Program-made: the position numbers and the translations under genes
Shown here: piece after piece, positions 1 to 8,301 of the stretch
Layout: every line of letters starts with the position of its first letter
How positions within the stretch are numbered: the stretch's first letter is position 1
Source: an uncultured archaeon
GTDB taxonomy: Archaea; Asgardarchaeota; Thorarchaeia; Thorarchaeales; Thorarchaeaceae
DNA: 32,000 bases
Direction: 5' to 3'
Assembly (NCBI GenBank): GCA_964354495.1
Contig: CAYHAA010000017.1
Span: forward strand, 1 to 32,000
Notes under the pieces: model-generated
The model's input: the letters and a program-made list of their open reading frames with translations, nothing else
Told to the model about the DNA's origin: nothing
Databases searched by the model: none

Positions 1-201
1 CAACTCTAGGTACTGTATGAACACACTTTCAGTCTGCACGCCTCGGACATTAGTAGTGGTGAGCTGAACACCTCGCCGGAGCTTGGTACTTACACCCCCA
101 CCCTATTAACCTCGTCTTCTACGAGAGTCCTCGTTCCTAGACTCGACGTTACTGTCACCAGTCGCATCGTCTTTTACAGATCGTCTAGCAAGTGGATATC
201 T
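1..201 (-). repeat. Direct repeat copy A: displaced 3' end of 23S rRNA plus trailer (probably continues left of the window)
   Basis: 1-137 aligns to 12657-12793 with 2 mismatches (88, 108). 188-201 (gcaagtggatatct) aligns to 12877-12890 (gcaaatggatatct). The interior differs. Confidence 0.95.
32..201 (-). pseudogene. 23S rRNA 3'-terminal fragment with a short ES39 variant
   Basis: Homology to the 3' end of the intact 23S. No upstream rRNA sequence beyond position 201. Confidence 0.85.
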
Positions 202-420
202 TTGACCCATTTCCACAGTGTGAGTGAACTAACTGTGAGAAACTTCTATGTTCCACCCTTCCCTTGCTCGTGTCACCACTTCCTACATTCCAATGGAATG
301 TAGAATTAGCAAGAGCTTTGTCAACTATCATCGGGATGGAATCCCTCCTGAGGACCGGGCTTCGTTCTCCTGTGTTGATATTGGTTCATCACTTCCAACC
401 ACAGAGAGAGTTTCCATAGT
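202..420 (-). ncRNA. Putative TnpB omega-RNA scaffold (5' limit unknown)
   Basis: Position at the tnpB 3' end/right end. Stems ctacattcc(283-291)/ggaatgtag(295-303) nested in cttgct(263-268)/agcaag(308-313), plus the terminal hairpin 214-237. Confidence 0.5.
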
Positions 421-1980
421 CTTTGCCACGGCGAGGTCATCATCACTCATCTTGGAGTCGTCACCGAAACCAAGAAGGTCCTTCTGGACAAAGTGAATAG
501 CCGCGGACTCTCTAGAACCTGATGTTGGTTCCTTCGCAGAGAGTAAGGACTTCCCATGAGAAGGTATCTTCTTTCGGGCTTTCAGTCGTGAGTGTTTCCC
601 TGCTTGTACAGAGTCTTCCCACTTACCTAGTCCTCTCACAGAGTGCAGTGACTTTGTGAGCGTGATGAGGCGTCCGGCAATGTTGATGGCTCCATTCCTG
701 TCTGCATTGGTCTTGTGACCACACAAAGGACATCGAAAGTAGTTCTGTTTTGGTCGTACCCCCTTTGTACCGCATTTCCAACACATGATGGATGTCCAAG
801 CTTCAGGCACTACTTGGAATCTCGATTCTTTTCCTTCAGTGGTCCATCCTCTTTGAGCCAATCCATGTCTGAAACTGTCTGTGATTCGTGCAAAGGCCCA
901 AGAGTGAATCATTCCTCTAAACTGTCTTCCTTTGAAATTCCCTTTCCGAGCCACAATTCGAATATTCTTCAAGCGACCAATCGATACATAGACTGTATAT
1001 CTCCCTGAGAGTTCCTCAATGTAGTTTAGGAGGTTCCTGACTAGAATACGGTCATACTCTCGAGCAATATTCTCACGTCTATGCCGAATTTGTCGAAGCT
1101 TCTGAAAGACCCCATCTAGGTCATCTTTTGTGAGAGTCTTTCGTTGAAGGTCAGCCACGAGCTGGTCGTATCTCTTGATGATTTCGACCTTGTCCTTCTG
1201 TTTGAAGTATCTCGTTTCACCAACCTTCTCAGGAGTGACCAATGTTGTACAAGCGGCTTTCTCAATACCCAAGTCTACTCCAAGAACTGCGGGAGGAAGA
1301 GATGTATCAGGAACTTCATCTATGGTAACGCTAACTGCAAAATTGACCCACCACTTACCTGAACGGTCGGTGAAAATCTGACATGCCTTTACTTCACCAC
1401 GATGAAACTGGTTGACATGGAATGGGGACACTTTCAGAGGTATGATCAGTCTATCATGAAATGTTCTTCCTTCAGGAACAGAATCTAGAGAGTTCCGAAG
1501 GTTGAGCTGCCACCCAGAGTAATGTTCAAGTTTGAACCGTTGATTAAACACCCATCGAGGAATTCTTCTTGAGAAGTTAGTCCTGGTGGGTCGAGAAGCA
1601 TTCCATCCTTTCTTATCTCTCAGTGCCAAGTAACTCTCATAGAGAGCAACTGCTGTCTGCCTACACTCCTGCAGCTCATTGGTTGAAATTCTTGGGAATC
1701 TCTTCTTTATGTCATGGGGAACAGACGGTCTTTGACCATACCCGGCTTTTGTTTTGAGTGCGGTCATCGTGAGCTCGTCTAGTTTTCCATCATGAATCCG
1801 ATTTTTGTTACGACCTGTCAACAACTTGTTTTCATGTTGTTCAATTATTCCAAGGAATGCACGAATCACTCTCGTGTCCCTTCCAACAATCTGCCTCAAT
1901 CTCTGTTGAGTTCGTTGTGTCATCGACTCCCACTTTATTGGGATTTTAACACTGATTGTTGTTCCACGGGACCGAGCCAT
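328..1980 (-). CDS. tnpB: TnpB RNA-guided endonuclease with rearranged RuvC (550 aa)
   Basis: RuvC-I LGVDLG, RuvC-II IGRL (Gly for Glu), VPEAWTS, CWKC/CPLC zinc finger, RuvC-III NADRNGAINI. Confidence 0.92.
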   Translation of the reverse strand: MARSRGTTISVKIPIKWESMTQRTQQRLRQIVGRDTRVIRAFLGIIEQHENKLLTGRNKNRIHDGKLDELTMTALKTKAGYGQRPSVPHDIKKRFPRISTNELQECRQTAVALYESYLALRDKKGWNASRPTRTNFSRRIPRWVFNQRFKLEHYSGWQLNLRNSLDSVPEGRTFHDRLIIPLKVSPFHVNQFHRGEVKACQIFTDRSGKWWVNFAVSVTIDEVPDTSLPPAVLGVDLGIEKAACTTLVTPEKVGETRYFKQKDKVEIIKRYDQLVADLQRKTLTKDDLDGVFQKLRQIRHRRENIAREYDRILVRNLLNYIEELSGRYTVYVSIGRLKNIRIVARKGNFKGRQFRGMIHSWAFARITDSFRHGLAQRGWTTEGKESRFQVVPEAWTSIMCWKCGTKGVRPKQNYFRCPLCGHKTNADRNGAINIAGRLITLTKSLHSVRGLGKWEDSVQAGKHSRLKARKKIPSHGKSLLSAKEPTSGSRESAAIHFVQKDLLGFGDDSKMSDDDLAVAKTMETLSVVGSDEPISTQENEARSSGGIPSR

Positions 1981-2232
1981 CGTTTACCAACCTTATAAAT
2001 TTCTGACCCGTTTCGGCCAGTCGAGTTCACTCCCCTACTTGTTTACAATAGAGGTTATGTACTCATATTTTCTCTATTACCGAACCTTATAAATTTATTA
2101 AGCAGAAAGAGCTCATAATACTTTATTTGCTATTTAAAAGTCATATATTGCTTTATTTCATTAAAATAGATATTCGTATTGAACTCTAAATCCTTATAAA
2201 TTATTGATAGATTTTGTTCAAGAGGTAAGAAA

Positions 2233-5200
2233 ATGGGTCGCAGACCGAAGACGTTCCAACCAAATGCAGTCCTTCAGTCTGCAATCTATTCGGGACTTGC
2301 AGCTTTAGCACGTCTAGCACGAGGACGAGTCCGAAGTAAGAAGAAGAAATACTACAAGAGTATTGAAAAGAACTGGATGAAAGCCTGGAAGAAGTGGGAA
2401 GAGTCCAGACTACTTGATCCCTATGACTTCTCATCTATCCAGAATGCAGAACCAAACCTTCGAGGTGCCTTTCTCAATCTACTATGGCAGTCAACCAGGC
2501 GTTATGGTAACAGAGAAAACAAGAGAGTGTACAGCTGGTTGGAGGGTACCGTTGGACCACTCAACGCCTTACTGAACTATGCAGGTGCCCGTCTCCGTGA
2601 CCTTGCCCTAACACACTATCAGTTTCCAGAGCCAATATATTATGAAGTCAGAGTCTATGATAAGATTACCACCAAGGTTTTTCCCAAGAATATAGCCAAG
2701 TTGTATCCTGATCCTAATGCGGTCAAGACATACAACAAGGCTGGCTATCCAGGAAACCAGTTCGGTCCTAGAATACTCTTGGCTCATCCCACTCTCCCTG
2801 GAATGGACTTTGTAGACATGATTCGTGCCCACCTCGTCGAGCTCTGCAAACAGCTCTTCATCTACAACGTCCCGCGTACTGAGGCACACAGGTACATCAG
2901 ACTTCTCATCCACAAGCTCCGACCGTACCTCGACTGGGTATATACTCAAGGAAGGACAGGTAAGAAGAACTTCAATCCTGAGAGCGACAGGGAACTAAAA
3001 GAAATCGTGAATGAAACAAAGGCATTTCATGGAAAGAATGTTGGTCGACACAAGTCAGTCACAGAAACAATAGAAGGTAGTCAACTGCCAGACACTATCA
3101 AAGAAGTGAGAGGGGAGATCGAACAAAAGCTCAAGGAAACAAGGGACAAGACAGAGAAAAAACGCATCAAGGAGATCTTGGACCAGATAGACCAAGAGAC
3201 CCTACAGGACAAAGACGCTCAGATACTCAGGGACCAAGTGTTGAGTTTGAGTCAGCAAGAGGGTAATTATTGGCATAGGATACTACTTTCAGACCTGCAT
3301 CATCCAGCCTCTCTAAAGCAGGTAGTCTTTGCAGGGGACAAGATGCTTGAAGAACCATCACCAGTTTTGATTGTAGGAGAGCTACCAGTAGAAAAACGAA
3401 CAGGACAGATCGATATCACATTCTTTCTCAGAAGAGAGATACCGGGACAGACCATTATGACCCCCATACTCATTCTAGAGATAAAGAGCAAGACTGGGTT
3501 CAGCTATAACCTCTATGGAGTCCGAACAAGGAACAAGAAGAAGAAGGATTATGGACCAAGACTGTTTGCATGGAAGAGGAAACTCAATGATCATGAATGG
3601 AACGTAATATCAAAGGCAAAACCACTGAAGGACACGATGGACCAACTCGATGCATATGAAACAATATTGTTGCAGGAGTATAGGAGTCTAGTTCCTTCAG
3701 ATCCCACTCCTCCAAAAAAGTTGTGGAAAGGTGTCATTGTATTAGACACAGATCAGAAACCTTTGGATGTCTTTGATGCATTCTATGACCTGCTGGATGA
3801 ATTGGTCACTGCTCTGGTCAATGGCATGGTCGACTCCAGCAGTCTCACTTCGTACATCTCAGACCCTAACAGTGATCTCAGAATGGCCCTCATTCTGACT
3901 CCATCTGAGGGGCCTTCTGAACTCGTACAGCAGATGAGCCCTCCTGAAAACATTACAGAAGAAGATCCATTCCAAGACCGGGTTTCGGACGATAGGATAC
4001 TCACACTCTATGTGTCTGTCCCCTCTTCAACCTCTTCTGGAAACGCAGCAGCAGGGATATCGACGAACTGGCATCTCATTCACCACATCAAGGATTGCAT
4101 TGAGAAAATGTCAGAGAAAACGGAGGTCTACTGGTTGGACCTTATGGGTACCTACAAAGAGATCGAAACGGAATACTCTGAGAACCAAAAAGATGCAGAT
4201 GAATCTGATGACAGGGAAGATGAGCGAATCCACCTCATCAACAAAAGGTTTGGACTTGACAAGATGCTGAGGGAGAGAGAAATATCTCGGAGAACTCACA
4301 GACGATTGACGGATCTTCTTAAGAGAATTAAGTTCGTGGACTTGAGCTCTGAGATAGACTCCATCCTCCTTAAGAACGAAACCGATTTCTCAGAAATCGT
4401 CGACACTGTTCAGTCCAATGTTCCTTCAGACAGAAACACTGAGAAAATCATTGTCCTAGATGGTTGGTCAGAATTCGCAAATCTGGTTTCAAGGGAACAC
4501 AGACCATTAGTGAGTGGTCTTGAACGGACCTTCCTCGATGTCCTTCCAGAGAAAGACACTGAATTGATTTGGATAGACAGTGGGGTTTCTCACACACGGA
4601 TGAACCCGACATATCAGCGGACGTGTATCCGACCCATACCACATGATTCGCACCGAAGGAAACATCTGGACGAGATTATATACAACATACCAACAACCCC
4701 ACGTGTCTTTGGTTGGCAGACTCCTAGAAGAGAGGATATTCGTGTCATCATCCAGGACACACCGACCTCGGCAGACCCATGGTCGCAGATCATTGATGTT
4801 CCCCTCCTCAGGAATATGACAAGGAAAGTTCGAGGTGTGTCAAAAAGAGATGGACTTGCGTCAGATGATGGCTTAATACAGCCAGCTCACTTTACGCCGA
4901 TGTATGGTAGAGGAATCACACTCTCAACTATAGCTACTTCTATGTACCCCCTGACAGAAGACACAGTTGAACAGATCAAGAAAGATTCGGTGACACTGAT
5001 TCCCAGCACCATCAGGTCAAGAAGGAAGGAACCTGAGGAAGAAGTAACTGAGGTTGATGAAGAGGAAGAAGAGGCCAAGAGGGAAATAGACATTCATGTT
5101 ATTGCTTCGCCATCAAAGACCTTTTCTCTAACGAGACGATTGGTCTTAGATCCAACACACCCACCTCCACCTCATCCCAGGGCACGAGAGCAGTATCATG

Positions 5201-7941
5201 AGGTAAAGAAAATCAATAGAGCCTGGTGTTATGATAGTTTTCCAGTAGAGGAGGAAGAGGAAGACTATCCGGTTTTGAAACCTCCACTTATCGAGTTGAC
5301 CACCAGTCAAGAAATCGATACAACGACGTGTAGGGAACTGGAACTGCGGCGGACTCTATATACAGCACAGTATCTGATGAGGAAACTTCCCTCCTATGAA
5401 GACCTGTATCACTGTTGTGAGAGGATTGTCAACACAGTTTCCCCGATTCTGAAGAAAAAGAGGGAAATGAAGACTGGGCTGGTATTACTCCGCCTCCTTA
5501 AAGATGTGCGGAGTCTAATTAGGGAGGAGTCGGGGAGTAGACAGGTCTGGGAAACACTACTTCCAATGAGGAAGGACCTAGTCACACTCCTAAACTCCGA
5601 AAACAGGAAGTCACTGGAAGACACGCTGGCACAGAACTCAGATGTCCTCGAACTTTATGGCAACAACCTATTCCTTACAATGTGTGCCACTATGGATGAG
5701 CTTCTATCGGAGGAGGCTCTGAGGCCTGCAATGGCCATTCAGCTCTGGTCAGCCATAGCACAGTGGGTTCCCTATCAACTCGGTTTCAAAACGCAGTCAA
5801 CCATGATCACATCAAAGTACGACTTACGGGCAATCCACTCAGACCTCCGTTTGAGGATCAAGTCACTAGTGAATAGGGTTCCAGTAATCCAAAGATTAGA
5901 GATCCAAAACTACGGACAAATGCTATGGTCTGAAGAAGAGGGAATCTTCTCGTCGTGGATCATCTTTCCCAGCGCAGAAGAGATGGTAGGAGGATATGTC
6001 ACAGGACTTGGAGAACCATTCCTCCGTGCCAAGTGGTATGACTGTGTCAAGGATGCGGGAATGCAGAAGTTCTCTGCAAGAAAAGCAGCAAGTTCTACTA
6101 CACGTACTCCGATAATGACCCAACAGTATGGGAGTGAAACCATTCTCTGGGTGTTGTGTGAAGATGATGAGGAAGCAGGTTTGTTTTGGCTTCCCTTCAT
6201 ACTTGAGTATCCCTCGAGTAAGAATGTGCTGTTACCTTGGTTCAAACTCTCAGAACTGTCTTCTTCATCATTCGCAGAACTGCAACCCCCAACCTCTGTG
6301 GAAGTCCCTCCGTATACTGTGAGGAACATTGACAGGTTCCTACAGTCTGTTATTGAAACGACTAAAGACCCTATCGAGGTGACCTGTGAGGTATCAATAG
6401 ATCTTGAGAGTAAGTTGTTTCAGATTGACTTCACTCAAGGTGGGAAGATCATTGAAACCTTCAAGTGCAAGGAAACCTACAAACTCCTTCGGACTCTCAG
6501 ACATCCCATCAGGACTGGTTTTGGATATGAAACATCAAGTGGAAACCTGTTGACATGGGACCACAGAAATGATATCGAATACCATGATGTGACAGTGAAG
6601 AGAAACGATGGGAGAAAAGAAACCATCTCCCTTACTCTTCTCAAACCCTTCGTCCATCGAAGCAGGTTCTTTCCTGACGAATACAGCATTCCCAAGACCT
6701 GTAGTGAGCTGTTGTCCACAGAAGAGTGTGATATGTTGACATTATTATTCGTGCCAGAGGACTCCAGCTTCAGGTCAATAAGATTGGAGTTTGATGGACT
6801 CCCATCTGGTTCTTCTTTGCATGCCCTTGAAACTGTATGCATGAACATCTATGATGTTGCGCTTTTGACAGAGTGTGAGCAGCTGGTTGATACGGCGAGA
6901 GGGACTCGACACCGTATGGATATCAACGCTAAAGGACTCTTTGATCTCCAGTTCTCTAGGCTGAGCGACTACCCTCGATTGCAGGAAGCAATCAAAGATT
7001 TGGATATTAGTGACTATGACTGGTCAAGAGACCCGTGGACAATCAAAATTGACACTACCATAGTGAACAAGAACGAAATACGATGGTACCTAATGTCCGG
7101 GTCTGGAATGGTATGGCAGAAGAAGGTGTATGACTTCGTCATGGATTACACACTCAGCATTAACGAGGTCATCAATGAATTTGAAGAGGTGGTGGACAAG
7201 ACTATCCCTCTGAAGCACATCTCAGGACTCTCAGAAGTCATTGCTAGCCTGAGGAGTACACTTCGTGATCAGGGTTGGAGAAAGGGAAAGCCGCGATGTA
7301 GGATCATTCTTGAGGAAAGGGGAGGAGGGTATGTAGCGGTGGTCAATAGGCTGGGACCAAAGAGAATTTCGACTGAGATTGACAGCTTTCCTATTGATAT
7401 GATGATTGATGAGGAAGTCTTGAGTGAAGAGTTGGGAGGAGAGTGGGGACTTCTTTCTAGGTTTGATGTGGTGAACTTGGAGGAGTTCTATGAGGCTGTT
7501 TCCATTGCCGCATCTGGAGTTGAAATGGAAGACAATAGTGACAGCGAGCTTGATGAGGAGGCTGAGTTGCTCCAAGTAATCAGTGAGTGGAGAGAGGAGA
7601 AGAAGCATCCCTTTGCGCAGAGATTTCTTGGTGAAACTCTTGCGCAACTAGCGAGTCTTTACTTATCACAGAATAGGCTCCTTGAAGCATTGAATTTTGC
7701 AGAGGAATCTGTAAATATTCTTCAAGCATGGGATGAAGGTGGTCCAAGTGTCAGACTATCCCTAGCAAGAGCTTTTGCTGTGAAAGCAGACGTCTTCCTG
7801 ATTGAGAAAAGGGACATTTCTGAGGTCAAGAGTCTTCTACAGAAAGCCCATGAGCAGATTGGTTCATTAAAGCCTGACATTAGTGTTTCGAAAGTTAGTA
7901 AGTGGATAGAAAAGTTATCAAGAAGAGTCAGTAGTGAGTGA
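2233..7941 (+). CDS. Giant hypothetical protein (1902 aa): PD-(D/E)xK nuclease motif, degenerate RecA-like NTPase, C-terminal TPR-like helices
   Basis: Uninterrupted 5.7 kb ORF. GELPV..QIDITF..ILEIKSK motif, EVYWLDLMGT and KIIVLDGWSEF strands, TPR-like LAQLASLYLSQNRLLEALNFAEES. Confidence 0.8.
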   Translation: MGRRPKTFQPNAVLQSAIYSGLAALARLARGRVRSKKKKYYKSIEKNWMKAWKKWEESRLLDPYDFSSIQNAEPNLRGAFLNLLWQSTRRYGNRENKRVYSWLEGTVGPLNALLNYAGARLRDLALTHYQFPEPIYYEVRVYDKITTKVFPKNIAKLYPDPNAVKTYNKAGYPGNQFGPRILLAHPTLPGMDFVDMIRAHLVELCKQLFIYNVPRTEAHRYIRLLIHKLRPYLDWVYTQGRTGKKNFNPESDRELKEIVNETKAFHGKNVGRHKSVTETIEGSQLPDTIKEVRGEIEQKLKETRDKTEKKRIKEILDQIDQETLQDKDAQILRDQVLSLSQQEGNYWHRILLSDLHHPASLKQVVFAGDKMLEEPSPVLIVGELPVEKRTGQIDITFFLRREIPGQTIMTPILILEIKSKTGFSYNLYGVRTRNKKKKDYGPRLFAWKRKLNDHEWNVISKAKPLKDTMDQLDAYETILLQEYRSLVPSDPTPPKKLWKGVIVLDTDQKPLDVFDAFYDLLDELVTALVNGMVDSSSLTSYISDPNSDLRMALILTPSEGPSELVQQMSPPENITEEDPFQDRVSDDRILTLYVSVPSSTSSGNAAAGISTNWHLIHHIKDCIEKMSEKTEVYWLDLMGTYKEIETEYSENQKDADESDDREDERIHLINKRFGLDKMLREREISRRTHRRLTDLLKRIKFVDLSSEIDSILLKNETDFSEIVDTVQSNVPSDRNTEKIIVLDGWSEFANLVSREHRPLVSGLERTFLDVLPEKDTELIWIDSGVSHTRMNPTYQRTCIRPIPHDSHRRKHLDEIIYNIPTTPRVFGWQTPRREDIRVIIQDTPTSADPWSQIIDVPLLRNMTRKVRGVSKRDGLASDDGLIQPAHFTPMYGRGITLSTIATSMYPLTEDTVEQIKKDSVTLIPSTIRSRRKEPEEEVTEVDEEEEEAKREIDIHVIASPSKTFSLTRRLVLDPTHPPPPHPRAREQYHEVKKINRAWCYDSFPVEEEEEDYPVLKPPLIELTTSQEIDTTTCRELELRRTLYTAQYLMRKLPSYEDLYHCCERIVNTVSPILKKKREMKTGLVLLRLLKDVRSLIREESGSRQVWETLLPMRKDLVTLLNSENRKSLEDTLAQNSDVLELYGNNLFLTMCATMDELLSEEALRPAMAIQLWSAIAQWVPYQLGFKTQSTMITSKYDLRAIHSDLRLRIKSLVNRVPVIQRLEIQNYGQMLWSEEEGIFSSWIIFPSAEEMVGGYVTGLGEPFLRAKWYDCVKDAGMQKFSARKAASSTTRTPIMTQQYGSETILWVLCEDDEEAGLFWLPFILEYPSSKNVLLPWFKLSELSSSSFAELQPPTSVEVPPYTVRNIDRFLQSVIETTKDPIEVTCEVSIDLESKLFQIDFTQGGKIIETFKCKETYKLLRTLRHPIRTGFGYETSSGNLLTWDHRNDIEYHDVTVKRNDGRKETISLTLLKPFVHRSRFFPDEYSIPKTCSELLSTEECDMLTLLFVPEDSSFRSIRLEFDGLPSGSSLHALETVCMNIYDVALLTECEQLVDTARGTRHRMDINAKGLFDLQFSRLSDYPRLQEAIKDLDISDYDWSRDPWTIKIDTTIVNKNEIRWYLMSGSGMVWQKKVYDFVMDYTLSINEVINEFEEVVDKTIPLKHISGLSEVIASLRSTLRDQGWRKGKPRCRIILEERGGGYVAVVNRLGPKRISTEIDSFPIDMMIDEEVLSEELGGEWGLLSRFDVVNLEEFYEAVSIAASGVEMEDNSDSELDEEAELLQVISEWREEKKHPFAQRFLGETLAQLASLYLSQNRLLEALNFAEESVNILQAWDEGGPSVRLSLARAFAVKADVFLIEKRDISEVKSLLQKAHEQIGSLKPDISVSKVSKWIEKLSRRVSSE

Positions 7942-8301
7942 CCCTACCTCACTTCTGTCGATGAAGATTAAAGGTAGTAAGATAGTAAGTTGAGGAATGT
8001 CTATTAGTTTCTACTCCGAATCAGGTAAAGATTGGTATCGCCCCATACTCCAATGCGCTCCTCCTCTGGAAGTCTGTCCATAACAAGTAGAGCCCATCTG
8101 ATGTCATGAAGGAGACCTCAGCTTTCGGATGGAATCTTCAACGATTAATGGACCTTAAATAACTCGTCATCATAGATGCATTTTTCTGGGCGACTTGGAC
8201 TGAAACCCCACATACAGACATACTAACAACAGAGCAACGGGATATGGGAAGCCTTGAGTGAAGTATAAAAGAGACTGCTAGAAAGATGATATCGGAGGGA
8301 A

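Larger units (their letters stand above)
202..2096 (-). mobile_element. tnpB-only IS200/IS605-type (IS1341-like) element; right end at 202, left end tentative near 2088
   Basis: tnpB gene. Right-end hairpin cacagt(214-219)/actgtg(232-237) followed on the minus strand by GGGTCAA (TCAA = 205-202). Imperfect hairpin aatagag(2047-2053)/ctctatt(2072-2078) upstream of tnpB. Confidence 0.6.

Noticed and set aside
1-137. Duplication as a pure assembly repeat artefact
   Set aside because: Not favoured: the copies differ by two SNPs and distinct, structure-preserving ES39 interiors, and the boundary coincides with an IS right end. A strain chimera cannot be excluded without reads.
2233-7941. R2-like retroelement protein (REase in an rDNA-inserted element)
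   Set aside because: No reverse-transcriptase YxDD motif context or RT blocks recognised.
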